A stretch of DNA of 64,000 bases from contig OZ076409.1 of assembly GCA_964187785.1 (NCBI GenBank), positions 21,144,001 to 21,208,000 of the forward strand. Reading direction: 5' to 3'. Of the stretch, positions 12,901 through 25,199 are shown one piece after another. Source of the DNA: Amphiscolops sp. MND2022. Its lineage: Eukaryota. Each line of letters begins with the position of its first letter. The first letter of the stretch is position 1. The notes under the pieces are model-generated. The model was not told where the DNA came from and made no database searches. It worked only from the letters and a program-made list of their open reading frames with translations. A program made the translations under genes and the position numbers.

Positions 12901-15034
12901 TACTACAATTCAAGTTCCGCATCATGCACATAGCAGGGTCACAAAACACAGCAGCCGATTTTCTGTCTCGACTGGAACTAACGCCAAAAGAAAAGGTTCA
13001 ACTCAAGCTACGAGACGACATTATAACGGCACCCATTGAAGTCAACCTACAGTCCACAGATGTTGCCGACGAAGAACAACTTTTCTTTCTACCAGATGAG
13101 GAAGAAGAATCAGAACAAGAAGTTTTTGCGAGAAAAGCCCTTAGCAAACAACGAGCAGTGGACGAAAAAGAGCAACAAAACCTATCCCCCGAAATAACAG
13201 AAACAGTCCATATACCGCTCAATACAGCAGTCTACGCATTCGGAGCAATCAAAGAAAACGCCCGAATACGCAACGAACAAGATGCGGATCCGATACTAAA
13301 AGCGCTGAAACTGCGCCTACTCCATGAAGAATACGACAAACACCTCCTTAAAACTGAACCCAGAGGACGAAACCTACTACGCCATGAAGAAAGAATAATA
13401 GTCAAAGACGGAGTTCTCATGCGCAAATACTACGGAGAAGATGGTACAGTCACGCATCACCAAATTCTCATCCCGAAACATATAGTCCCAGAACTTCTAT
13501 CAACCCTACATGGGAAAACGAACAAACACCCTGGTATAACGAAAATGATACAAGAAAGCCGAACCAAAGACTACTACCCAGGGCTAGCACGGAAGATCAG
13601 AGCTTGGGTAACCAACTGCCCTGACTGCATAGCCAACAAACGAATCGACACGCGGCAAATACGTCCGAAAATGCTAAGCAACACAGAATTCACGTTTGAC
13701 CCGGAGAATTGCTTAGAAGTAGACATTCTACCTAATCTACCTTCATCAAATGGATACAGACATATCAAAACAATGATGGACGTATTCTCCCGCTATCTCT
13801 TCGCATACCCTACACAAGACATGACAGCACGAACAGTAGGACGTTGCATAATAGACGTAATGACTCATCATTGTTACCTACCTACGGTCATCCTCATAGA
13901 TAAGGGATCACAATTCCGATCAGACGTCGTAAATCAGATCACGCAGACACTTGACATACGGATTAGCCACGCGTCGACAAAACGTGCACAAACAATCGGA
14001 ATACTTGAAAGAACACCTGCATCCCTAAAAACGTCCCTCAAAATATTGACGGGAGAACACCGTTCAATGTGGCACAAATACGTCCAAATCGCAGTTATGA
14101 ACTACAACACAAGCTACCATGAAAGCTTAGGCTGTGAACCGACAACAGTAATTCACGGACGCATACCGTACAACATTCTGGATATCAAGCTGGGACTCAA
14201 GCCAGAATGGAAAAAAAAGACGCCAACGAAGACCTAACGGACGAACTACAGAAACAAATAGCCGAAATTCATCAATCGGCTAAGGACAACTTCATGCAAT
14301 CATACTTGAAATATAAGCGATATTATGATAAAAAAGCGACAGCAACGCCATTGAAAATCAATGACTACTGCTACGTCCTGAACCCGAAGGCTGATAACCA
14401 GTCAATGAAATTCGCTTTAAAAGATTGCATCTGGACGGGACCGTACATAGTGGTCAAGGTCCTTTCTAATAATAGTTACGTCGTAAGACGAACGGGAACA
14501 AGATACACACAAACCCTCCAAAAAATTCGCCTAAGGCTATATGCGCCCAATCAATGAGTACCTGACGTAACAGTCAGTGCGGAAGACCAACTTCCAGACC
14601 CCGAGGTTAAAACAACCCATGACGATTGGTACGCGCAAGCTTGGGAAACCGAATTCGGAGAAGTTCTGTTCGGAAACTCATCAGAAAAGGAAAATGAAGA
14701 AGCTACCATCACAGAAGTACCAACCAACGACGCAACTACAACGGAAAATGAAGCAGATATAACAACTGCAATCGAAACTTCAACTGAAAATAACATATCC
14801 CCCGGAGACAGTACGCCATTCATCTTCGACGTTAGCGATAACCCCTATATAATGATACCACCGCCTATGGAAAGCCCCCCTATACCGCCTAATATACCAC
14901 CTATAGGTGTCGGATACAATCGTAGGAAAACGGGAAGATATAATTTACTACCTAACCGTAGACCTAATGCACACCCTGATTTTCGGATGCTTGACGCAAT
15001 CATCACGGAGGAAAGTTCCCAAACTCCAAGCTGA
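9880..15034 (+). pseudogene. pol: pol polyprotein (aspartic protease, RT, RNase H, integrase), disrupted by stops and frameshifts
   Basis: Protease ALVDSGA (ORF 10409-11257); RT KLDCSQAY, LAQGL, YVDDI (11261-12340); RNase H LMTDAS, TDNRS, ADFLSR; integrase HHCC (HGKTNKHPG...CPDC) and D-D-E (EVDIL, IDKGSQF, LERT) in 12207-14237; GPY motif WTGPY in 14207-14557. Confidence 0.95.
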
Positions 15035-15205
15035 ATAAAAACAATTAGTGAACCAAACCGAACCGGGGTGGCAACGTCAATTTTCTCTTTTCACCACAAT
15101 AATCAATTCAAACCAACTAACTAAACAACATAAAACAAAGGATACTGGCCAAGAAAGGAAGAAAAACAATACTAGTTTCAGAAAAACAATACTAGTTTCA
15201 TCAGT

Positions 15206-18200
15206 TCACATCAATGACAAAGTCCAAGGCTTCTTTATCCTATGACGAACATCAGGATCGTCATCTTTTGACGACTTCTTCTTGTTTTTTGGCGCCACAG
15301 AACTACTCGCAGCCCCTTTATTACTGCTCGTTGTTGACCCTGACGCAGACCGCTTACCTCCCACCTTGTTCTTCCCAGAACCCGAAGTTTCAGCGCCGGC
15401 AGCAATGACATTTGTTGACATCTGTTGGGCACAAGCAAGTCGGTTCGCTTTATTCATCTCCACATACTGAGTCTCACATGATTTCCGACGTGCCAACAAA
15501 AAGGCACCATACAACCGGCTATAATGAGAGATGAAATCTGAAACACTCCCCCCACAAAATCGGCCCACAAATCAAAATTCGGAGCAACATAGAATACGCC
15601 ATCATTACTGATAGCACCTTGCACAGCTTCCATAGTAAGCTCAGTGAAGAAGGACTGGTGCTCATACCCCGGACTTAGCACGTAGCTCTGCACAAGGCGC
15701 AGACATTCTTGGAACTTGGCCTTACTCAGCTTACTGCCACTTAGGTCAAAATTCACAGTCGGATAAACTGCGCGAGGTCTTCCAGTCACCAACACACAAA
15801 ACTTCAAAACGCGACAGACGCGATGTCGGGCCAAGAAACTAAAATCCCGTAGTAGCCAGCTAACCATGTTGGAAATTTCACTTGCCACTCCATAGACCGT
15901 TCGTGCTGGTTCCGCTTCTCCACCACATAACTGCTAAATTCTTCAACTGCAGCCTTAGAATCATCTGAGGACAGACAGCCGCACGACTCTAGAACACGAC
16001 AGAGGTCCGGGAACAACTGGAAGACAAGCTGACCATCACCCTCCAGCAGCAGCTCAGGACAAAAGCTATAAATACCCCGTGACACACGCGATGAAGCACT
16101 TGGACCTTTCAAGATGATACTGACCAGTCGATCCATAAACTCTCGACATCGAACGCGGAAAGTCGGAAAATCACTAGTTTTCCCAGCAACAACTCCCGGC
16201 CAAAATCGCAGTTTGCCAAAAACACATCGTCAGCAATGGAAGGAAAAGCTGCGGCCTTCTCCTCGTCCATGAACCCGTCCCAATCGTTCAGGCTAGGCAG
16301 ACTCTCTGTAGCTCGGGTTTTCAGCAAAAGGCAATAGATAAAATGACACAGCTCACCATAGCCGTGAAAAGCGTAGTCTTCACGCCCCCGATGAAGCTTC
16401 GTAAAATTGATGTGGACTGAAACAACAGGAAACGATCAACAACGAAACTAAGCTCACTTTTAGGCATCAATCTGGCAACAGAAAGAATCAGTCGAACAAG
16501 CATTCACAAACTACAAAAACCAATCAACCAGGCCATACTCACATGTATCTAGCACCAATCGCAACAACCCGAAACGATACGGCGTCATATTGTCAGCAAT
16601 TATGTGCCAGTCTGTCCCCTTCATCTACAACCAAACACCATCTAAACTTTGCAAATTTACTAGAAAAAAAAACACAGAAATGTGATCACATAAAAACAAT
16701 AAACTTGGCTAACACTTTCAGCTTTTCCTTTCGCGTCCGGGTGCCCGGTGCAACGAATGAAAGGACGTATGCATGGCCACAGCTCAATGAATTCGGTCAA
16801 CAGTTGACGATAATCCATAAAATCAACGGACCCTTGCCGGATACATTTGCGCAGTACCACCTTGCCCTCTGTCCAGTCCTCATACAAGGCAGTTTTCAGA
16901 CGCTGCAACAAATAATCCACTAGCGTCATCACGTTTACCATCCCGAAGATGTCATGATCTGCCTGCTGCACGCACCGCAGAAACACCTGCTCATCAAACT
17001 TCTCATATATGACGAAACGACGGGCATCAGAACGGTCATCCTCTAGCACGCGAAGTAATGATGGACTCCCTCCGAGAATCGCAATGGGCAACAAGGTCGA
17101 ACCCAAACTGCACACAATGCGGGACAAGGGCACCAACTCTGGAAGTGGCATGGCTTGATCTAACGACTCACACCCAATACAAATCTTCATCAGATGCTTG
17201 TCATCCCAGTATAGAACGTAGCATCGCTCCACATTGTCTTCTTTCTCGTACTGCAATCCATATGCACGAAAGCCAGAAACACTACTCAGCATAAGGCGTA
17301 ACACCCGCGGAGCCAAGCCTTGGTACAGAAATGCCTAAAACAGATAACAGTCAAAACGTCCCATACCCTACCCACTTAATACAAAAAAAACAGCCACATG
17401 CGAGTATTATACGGAGTGCAAAAAACTACAAAACGAACAAGCACATACTCACCACAGTCTCAGAACGACTCCAGTTGAGATTAAACTGTGGTCCTTTCTC
17501 CTTCGGTAGTGTCAACAGGAAGTGGCTCCAAAGACGACGCAAAAGCACAAAATCGCCACCACTACACAAAAGCTCACAGACGCAGCCCACCAGTGTCATG
17601 AAAGGGACCTTCGACTCTACGCGGGAATGCTTCGGCAGCAAATCCTCAGGAAAAGGATAGCCTTCACTCAATTCCTCAAATGCCTTCGAACGGTATTCGG
17701 CCAGCTGACCCTCAGACAGCTCCATGGGTTCCATGAGCCTATTGAGAACAGGCAAGCTCATGTGAACGCGATATGTCAAGTCTTTAAACCAGTGGCTATC
17801 AGACTGAAAATGTCGCGCAAACTCTCCGGAGCCCTGTGCCTTCATGCCCACGTCCCGTTTGCACACACGACAGTGAAAATGTGTCGACTGCCCACCCTAT
17901 CAGCAAACTCGTCAAGACCTATAAAAACACACAAAGCAAGACTAGTACATTTAGAATGGACACAACTGAACGGTACTGATACGAAAGACAACACAAGCAC
18001 TTAGCTACAGACAAAACACCAAATAACTCACCAGTCTGTAAATGAGTCTCCACATGATCGGCGACCTGACGTCCAACTTCACGAACAACGTCCGGACTCA
18101 AACCAGTGCCAAAGATATGCGCCCCCTCTGGATCGTCTAGACCTACACAATTAAGAAGTACATCATAACTGAACAGTACTATATGCCTACCAACAAAAAA

Positions 18201-19172
18201 AAAACAAAGAAACAAGGACAAACAACAAAAACTTACTAGTCCAACCACCAGAAGCGGGTGTCAGTGGAAAAGGAGGAGGCAATGGTTTCTTCGCACGCTT
18301 GGGCAGGATCCCAGAGCCCCCTTTCTTCCGAGAACCACCCGCTTTGGAAGCTAACAAAATATGCATATCACACTCCGAAACTCGACGAAAATAAAACCCA
18401 GTTCACTACCAATACAATAGATTCAAGACTACTAACCCGTTTCCTTTTCGGAGGGCGGATCGGTCTCACCTCCTTGAGACTCACTGTCACTGTCCTCGGC
18501 CTGCACAGCGCGAAAACGCAAAGGTAAGGCCTGAACTCCCGGAGCCTCCCCGGCAGCAGATGAAGGAACCACAGGAGAATTAGAAGGAGCAACAGCTGAA
18601 GAAACATCGAGCACAACAGTATTCGAGAGACCAACTAGGGCCTCATGCACAGAAAAGATTGGCTCAGTAGAAAGTACGGTCGAAACTGGGGGCAACGGGC
18701 CCGATGCAGACGGAACAACCTCGGAAACTGCACCAGAAGAAATAACAGCTGATGAACTGACAGGTTGAGTTACTGAAAAATCAAGACCTGGTTCGACGCG
18801 TCAGAGTTGCGGGTAGGACTTCAAAGGCTGATCACCAAAAATAAATAGTCCGATAGCACAAGGAAGGCAGAAAAGATTTTTACCAACCTGAAACAGAACG
18901 AACAAAAGCCGGCTCCGGACGGACATCATTATCAGTGTAATTGAACACTGCCTCGTTCCCACTAAGGAAGCCTCCGGCAGGTACGATAGGAGGTGCGTTT
19001 TCTCCATCCATTTAAGAAACTGCCACAAAAGAATCTTCAGAATGGTCTGAAACAAAGAAAATACATTACCCAAAATTAATCCAAATTCACCATGTTGGAA
19101 GTTCATAGTTTTCAAAAGGATGCAAAAATGGATCAAATTAGTTTGAAATCCTGAAGGAAAAGAAAGAACCAT
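15206..19172 (-). CDS. Spliced antisense accessory gene inside the Gypsy element, with BED-like CxxC...HxxxxxH zinc finger; carries some frameshifts
   Basis: GT-AG introns at 18436-18351, 18236-18143, 18031-17919 and 17452-17335 join ORF pieces in phase (...EKET|ASKAGGSRKK...GGWT|SLDDPEG...LQT|GLDEFAD). After a 1-nt frameshift comes HFHCRVCKRDVGMKAQGSGEFARHFQSDSH. Further ORF pieces run from 17334 to 15206. Start and later exon borders approximate. Confidence 0.72.
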
Positions 19173-19465
19173 TTTTAAATCTGTGACGTCACACGGATCA
19201 TCATCGATAAGAAATTGGCGACGCCATGACGAAGTTCAAATTTAGAACTTAATTAAACTTTTATTCCTACGGTTCAGCCAATCACAACACAGATGGAAGC
19301 GAAACGCTTTCCGAAGATGAAACGAACCGGAATGAAATAAAAATAACAGCCAATAAGAATGCAAGAAAATTACGAACGAAAGAAAGTTAACCTTTTCACT
19401 TGCCGCACAATAATCGCAAAGAAAAGTTTGTTTAAAATAATTTCTCCAGAGCCAAGCTTAAAAGA
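19173..19465. promoter_or_regulatory. Putative internal bidirectional promoter
   Basis: ~290 bp between divergent ORFs; palindromic TGTGACGTCACA (CRE core) at 19182-19193 and CCAAT at 19278 and 19350. Confidence 0.45.
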
Positions 19466-20200
19466 ATGAGCAATTACGACTTGGTTATAGACATCTCTTC
19501 AGATGAAGAAGAACGAACCAACACCATGAGGCAGAGCACCCCCAGTAAAGCGCTTCCTATCAATGTAATAACCACGCTGAACCTCTCCGGATCATCATTA
19601 GAAGCAACAAAAGGGAGTGCAGGAGAGATGATGTCGTCTATTAACGACCTTAACCTATCGGAAATTCCCGCATCCACCTTTGAAACAATTGGTTCTCCGA
19701 GGAAAATCACATTCAGAGCGGTAAGCCCTGGAGAAGAATTCATGGTGGAAAGTCAAGCTGCCACCTTGTCCGACGAAAGCTACTTTGAAGAACCGGACAC
19801 TCCCCGTCAATTGCCCTCACTACAGCCTGCAGTAGTCTTACGAGACGTGACCAACGAAGAACTCCCGTACAACGGACCGCCTGCGAAAGTTGACAGACTC
19901 GACGACTTGATGGAACCGCTAGTAGAAGAAATTGAAAATCCTTACGGCATAAACCTACAAAACAGCCTGGAATACAGCCCGTCGTGCGGACGTGGGACTC
20001 GCTTCACTTCTACCAAGCTGACGAGAGCACGCAAGCAGCCGGTGCTCATCACTAGAGAAATTCCGCACTGCCCCAGACAGTGGACAAGTGGATTTAGAGG
20101 CGCCCTGTCACGACCCGCTCCCGGTCGTGATTTTTCTTGCTGCGGGGGAATTCCGCAGTTCTCAAGAGGAAAAATCCACGGAAGAACAATGCAAAGCTGA
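19466..20200 (+). CDS. Extra acidic/Ser-rich ORF (244 aa) of unknown function running into the 3' LTR
   Basis: Uninterrupted ATG-started ORF; the last 95 nt lie in the LTR; no recognisable env features (no signal peptide or transmembrane segment). Confidence 0.55.
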   Translation: MSNYDLVIDISSDEEERTNTMRQSTPSKALPINVITTLNLSGSSLEATKGSAGEMMSSINDLNLSEIPASTFETIGSPRKITFRAVSPGEEFMVESQAATLSDESYFEEPDTPRQLPSLQPAVVLRDVTNEELPYNGPPAKVDRLDDLMEPLVEEIENPYGINLQNSLEYSPSCGRGTRFTSTKLTRARKQPVLITREIPHCPRQWTSGFRGALSRPAPGRDFSCCGGIPQFSRGKIHGRTMQS

Positions 20201-22151
20201 GTATGAGTAAACCTTAATTAATGACTTACCTTTGTTCAAACTGCAGCACGAATTAAATTAACGGAAGCGCAACGTAAAATATCCAAAAGTGACTTTAAGC
20301 GAAATAGAATTTCCGGTTTAATGTTTTAACACGCAACCATTTTATTACTTCCGGGTTCGACTACTGAAAATTTCATGCCAATCTAAATACTAAAAAAGAA
20401 ACATTCTCAACGCTGGGATCAATTTTTCTCTTCTCCACGCTAAAATGAAAATATTAAAGTTTTATTTAATTCCGCGATCCCAACGGAACACATACGATCT
20501 AAAATGGAAAAAGACATAGAAATAGTATAGTAGATTTGTTTCCAAAGATTGGAGTAGCTGTAAAAAGCCACTCAAATCACAGTCAAGTAATTTGAGCGAA
20601 CCTTTACATCAATATGACGGCGTCGCTCGAATAAGCAAAATGCTGGTGTTTCTAATTTTACGAACCAACAGCGTTATAGCAAAAACCGGCTTAATTGCGC
20701 TCGAGCTAACAAAAACCATTCTAGTGACGTCATTAGGAATGAATATAAAGATGGCGAATCACTCCGTTCTATCGCCGCTAGCAGCTAAGAAAATTATAGT
20801 TAATCTTGATACGTACGGAGCGCTTACGGGATTAATTGTAAATCGATGAAGTTATACCCAATCTTAATACATGTAGAACAATAATGGAAAAATCTGAAAG
20901 AGAGGAACTATCCTAATACACCAAAATGCTCCTTAAACCACGCAGAATTGCATCTGAAAATTCAAAATATCATAAGTTTCAAATATTACCTCCCCGAACT
21001 TTACCCGTTCTATAGTTAATTGAAATGCTCGTGCTGCAGGCTGAAATAGAGGAAATGAATGAACAAAAGGTGCTTTCCTTCAATTCAAGGAAAAACATTT
21101 GTTGTGTGATCAATGTGTTACGTTTATTGGGCTGAATGGTTTAGCTATTTTTGTTGGAATGTATGTAAAATCAGAATTGGAACAATGTTGCATCAAATTA
21201 TGTGTTAATTCAGTCCTTGAACTGCACTGGTCATTTTCCAGCATCATTTGTTCCTTCTCAGAATACCTTAGTACGTTAGTTCAAAATTCATCCGCGATAT
21301 TTCCGTAATCAATTTTGCTTGTCATTCTTTTGCCGCGAAAGGAAACTTTTCGCTAGTCACAAAGTGAATCACTGTTCACGCCCGCGTGTTTTTCTCGATG
21401 AGAATTCAACTAGACAACTATTTTGCCGCCTTTTCGCGATCATACCGGAAATGAGATTAATGAACAAAAATGATTTCAACAAGTATCCCGTAAGGGAGCC
21501 GTGACTAGGAAATATAAACCGTGAACAAATAATAGAAGGGTTGGAATAATAAGGATGATTAAGCATTTTTGATGAACAAAACCGATTCTAAGGATTCCTA
21601 GGAATTTTTAGGTGAGGAGCAAATGATGCTGTGGAAGTATATATACCTAGGGATTTGTAGAATAAGGTAATCTGTTTCTTAATCTGCTACGTTAATATTT
21701 CGTTTTGAAAACCATATTTTCTTTGAAGAATTCGAGTTTTCCAAAGAACAACCTTTCACTTCTACAAAAATGACTACTAGTAGCCAGAAAAGAAAAGCTG
21801 TTGAGGAACTAGTCTCTACTGAAATTGAGACTCCGATACCTGAGACTAGTCAGAACCTAAACCCCGTGGCGGGAACGAGCAAATCCCCTAGAGTACTCAC
21901 TGAAAATGTAGAAGAAATCAAGTCTTCTCTAAGGAAAGAGATCATGTCTGATCTTACTAAAATCTTGGATGAAAACCAAAAGGAAATGTTAAAACTAATA
22001 GCTCCTACGTCTAAAAAACAAACCATCATAACAGCTACTGAAGAAGCAGACTCTGAGTCCAAAAGCGTTCCGGAAAATGCAACCTCGACTCCAGTTAAAG
22101 CCAAAACTACTGCGACTACTCGTAAAATTACACCGGTGAATAGTCGTAACA
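20106..22151 (+). repeat. 3' LTR (2046 bp)
   Basis: TGTCACGACCCG...TAGTCGTAACA followed by TSD TTGAC; contains an intact copy of the gag N-terminal ORF from 21770. Confidence 0.96.
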
Positions 22152-22156
22152 TTGAC

Positions 22157-22303
22157 AATACTCCATTCACGACTGTCCGTTGTTTCCGATTGAAAAGGTA
22201 GCTTTCGAAGAGGCGCAGTGCATTTCCACCTATTCCAAGTGCTCTCACTTTTTCAGGAAGCTTTTGATGGCAGACTTTGTCGAAGGCTTTCTCAAAGTCT
22301 AGG
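22157..22303 (-). mobile_element. 5' piece of the LINE split by the Gypsy insertion
   Basis: LDFEKAFDKVCHQKL...LFESYLFNRKQRTVVNGVL joins in frame to S-NVENVLSGVPQG at 6778 when the insertion and one TSD copy are removed. Confidence 0.93.
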
Positions 22304-23118
22304 TCTCAATACAAAATCACATTGAGAATGGATAATTGCTATTGGGTGTTCAGTCTGTGCTGGTACCTACATGGGACAAACTATCCGACACCTTTCAACG
22401 TGGCAAAAAGAGCAGGAAATGAACTCTCCTGCGAAGCTACTTTTTCAATCCGTCATTACCAAACAAAGCGGAGTCAATTCGAAAAGAAAAACGAAGATTG
22501 AAAATGAAACGAAACCATCTGATAGCTGAATTGGATAATAACCAAAAATACGGGTGGCTGTAAGTAGGTTGATTTTTTCTGGTCGAAATGACAGAGGTCG
22601 AACCTTTTGATCGAATTGCAGAGATCGAATGGAATGCGGTCGAATTTTATCGTATTTGATGTATGGCTCGGTCGCTTCGCTCTCTTTGCCAAGTAGCAAC
22701 ATTGAGGCATGGCCATTGGGCACGTCGCTCCGCTTCGCTTCGCTCCTGCATTCAGGGCACCAGGGGTATGTGAACATATCTGACTACGTTACGAAAATTT
22801 CGATCCGAGTTGTTTCGATCCCATTCAAAAATTTGGTATGTCGACCTGAGGACTAACTCTGATTTTCGATCCCGTTCCTTCGACCTATTTCCGCCCACCC
22901 CAAAAATAATAACTCGAGCTAGCCTCAGAGAAAGGACAGTGAAGTTGGATTCACGCCCTACCATTGCAACGTTATAATTTTGACTTATCTAAGTCTGAAA
23001 TCAGAGATTGAATAGCTCTCAGGTACGGATGGGACCCAAAGAGAACCTTCCTACTGTACATGCGGCGAAAGGTTTACCGTTTCGCATGCGATGCATTGAC
23101 CGAAAAGTGGATACATTC

Positions 23119-24145
23119 GGAGGCTATGTGGAATCAGGTCTAATGAAATAGATCTAAGAGAGGGGGCAAAACTGAGATCTAAATAAATTGATCTAAACAA
23201 TCAGGTCTGAAAATCTCTTCTAATTTGATCTAATTTGAGAAAAAAATAAGTCAATTAGGATCTAAAACTAAAAAGTGATATAAAATATAAGACGTGCCTC
23301 GGATATGTCCCCATTTCCTCTGATGACCCGCGGCCCCTTGGGGCCGCTTATATTCCCATCTTGCTAAGCGAGGTCGAACAGGAGCAAAGACCTAGCGGGA
23401 ACGGAGATCACGAAGCGATCGTAGAGGAAGTTGGTCTTTGCGACGGTGAGGGCGAGCGTGCATAAATCATTGTATTTTCGCTTTCAGAACACATATTAGA
23501 TCATAAAAGGGTTAGACCTACGTATTTTAGATAAAATTATATCTGAAAGTTAGACCTAACTGTTAGATCTCTTTCCATTACACCCAAGCAATTAGATCAA
23601 AGGCGTACACACCACATTCGGATACGGGACAATTTGCCGAAAATTGACTCAGGGACAATTCGCCAAATAATTTTCGACGAATAGTCCTTCACGTTCGGCA
23701 AATTGGGTTTCAGCAAATTGCCTTTGGGCAAATTGTCCCAAATCCGGTTTTCACTGCTGCGAAGCGTTTAAAATAGATTAGGTACTTCTCACCTGATATG
23801 GGGTCATATACGGTGTATGGACGCTCGCCCTCACCGTCGCAAAGACCAGCTCCCACTACGATCGCTTTGCGATCTCCGTTCCCGCTAGGTTTTTGCTCCT
23901 GTTCGACCTCGCTTAGCAAGATGGGAACATAAGTGGCCCCATGGGGCCGCGGGTTACTAGAAGAAATGGGGGCATATCCGACGGCCAAAAACATTGTTGA
24001 ATGAAAACGCTAGGTATTCGGCAAAGTGTCCCTACAAAATTCGGCAAATTCAAAGGGACAATTTGCTGAAAATTCGGCAAATTGTCCTTCACGTTCGGCA
24101 AATTGGGTTACGGCAAGTTGTCTTTCGGCAAATTGTCCCTAACCC
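23119..24145. mobile_element. Two adjacent foldback-type MITEs sharing a ~160-bp core
   Basis: Arms built of GATCTAA/TTAGATC repeats (23130-23600) or GGCAAATTGTCC repeats (23620-24145; TIR 23617-23642 / 24123-24148); flanking GA(T/A)ACATTC at 23110-23118 and 24146-24154. Confidence 0.65.
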
Positions 24146-24415
24146 GAAACATTCACATTAGGTTTAATGAAATCAGCGATGAAACTGATGGACGAAGTAT
24201 TATGCTACGACTATCAGTCGAACGGAATCTTCAAACGTTCCAAAGTTAACGGTTTGATAATAAATCCACACCGCTAGATGAGTCTCGATTGGTCATCAAA
24301 GCAAATAGACTTCGGAAGGCGAGACTTACTAAAATATTTTTCGACGTCAGGGTCTTCAACCCCTTGGCTAAACCGTGCCCTAAAAGCATCGTAGACGCAT
24401 ACAAATACCCCGAGG

Positions 24416-24915
24416 GCTTCGGGCAATAAGTTCGATTTACTAAGTTCAAATTTGAATTAGTGCAGTAAGTTCGAATGGAATATTTCCGAGACACCAAGTT
24501 CGAATTTTCATATCGGGCATATCTGGGGTAAACTGGAGGTCCTTCGCACAAGATCCTGAGAGCTCCACCGCCTAGGATCTGAAGGAATCTAAAAATTGAA
24601 ATGTGGGTAAAATCCGGTGTATACACGCTTGCCCTCACCGTCCCAAAGACCAGACCCCACTACGATTGCTTCGCGATCTCCGTTCCCGCTAGGTTTTTGC
24701 TCCTGTTCGACCTCGCTTACCAAGATGGGAACGTAAGCGGCCCCAAGGGGCCACGGGGCACTAGATGAAATGGGGAAATATCAGAGGCACATTTTATACT
24801 TAGTTCAAAATTCGAACACAGTGATTCGAACTTGTTCCGGTTTTTGGAAAAGTCGAACTTAGTCCATTCGAAATTAAAATTCGAACTTATGCGTTCGAAC
24901 TTATTACCGTGCTAC
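24416..24915. mobile_element. MITE with a 9-bp TSD (Mutator-like)
   Basis: ACCCCGAGG at 24407-24415 and 24916-24924; AATAAGTTCGA/TCGAACTTATT inverted ends; TTCGAA-rich arms; same core as 23300-23460 in reverse. Confidence 0.65.
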
Positions 24916-25199
24916 ACCCCGAGGCGTTCGAAAAAGTAAATTTGATGAATGCGCCATCAAAGTCGAGAGAAGCACGTTTTGTCCACTGCCATTTTCATGC
25001 AACGGAGGTGAAGGCCCATCAGCGACCAAAGCGACAAAACGACTCTCTAGCTTGATCAGTGGCAACAGAAACGAGCCATACGCAGATGTTGTTTCATACA
25101 TCAGAACGAAACTGTGCTTCACCCTGCTGAGAAGCAGTTTTATCTGCAGGCGGTGGGCGTTTGGATTGAATGAATTTGCGCGAATATGCATACTGTCAC

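Larger units (their letters stand above)
6779..22151 (+). mobile_element. Full-length but mutated Gypsy/Ty3 LTR retrotransposon, 15.4 kb
   Basis: Two ~2.04-kb direct repeats with TG...CA ends; 5-bp TSD TTGAC at 6774-6778 and 22152-22156; internal order gag-PR-RT-RH-IN. Confidence 0.97.
22915..25170 (+). pseudogene. Relic of a CRE-like (restriction-like-endonuclease) non-LTR retrotransposon C-terminus, interrupted by MITEs
   Basis: LASEKG..SWIHALPL..FDLSKSE..IALRYGW, CTCGERFTVSHAMH, then after the inserts HIRFNEI, FFDVRVFNPLA, FCPLPFSCNGGEGP, YIRTKLCFTLLRS: zinc knuckle plus PD-(D/E)xK-type layout; many stops. Confidence 0.7.

Noticed and set aside
19466..20200. env gene in the usual post-pol position
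   Set aside because: No signal peptide, transmembrane helix or conserved Cys pattern; acidic and probably disordered.
20930..21325. Minus-strand frame in the LTR interrupted only by TGA (possible recoding, or small spliced gene with intron 21121-21041)
   Set aside because: Only three TGAs, no recognisable protein or SECIS; compatible with chance. Would need RNA-seq.
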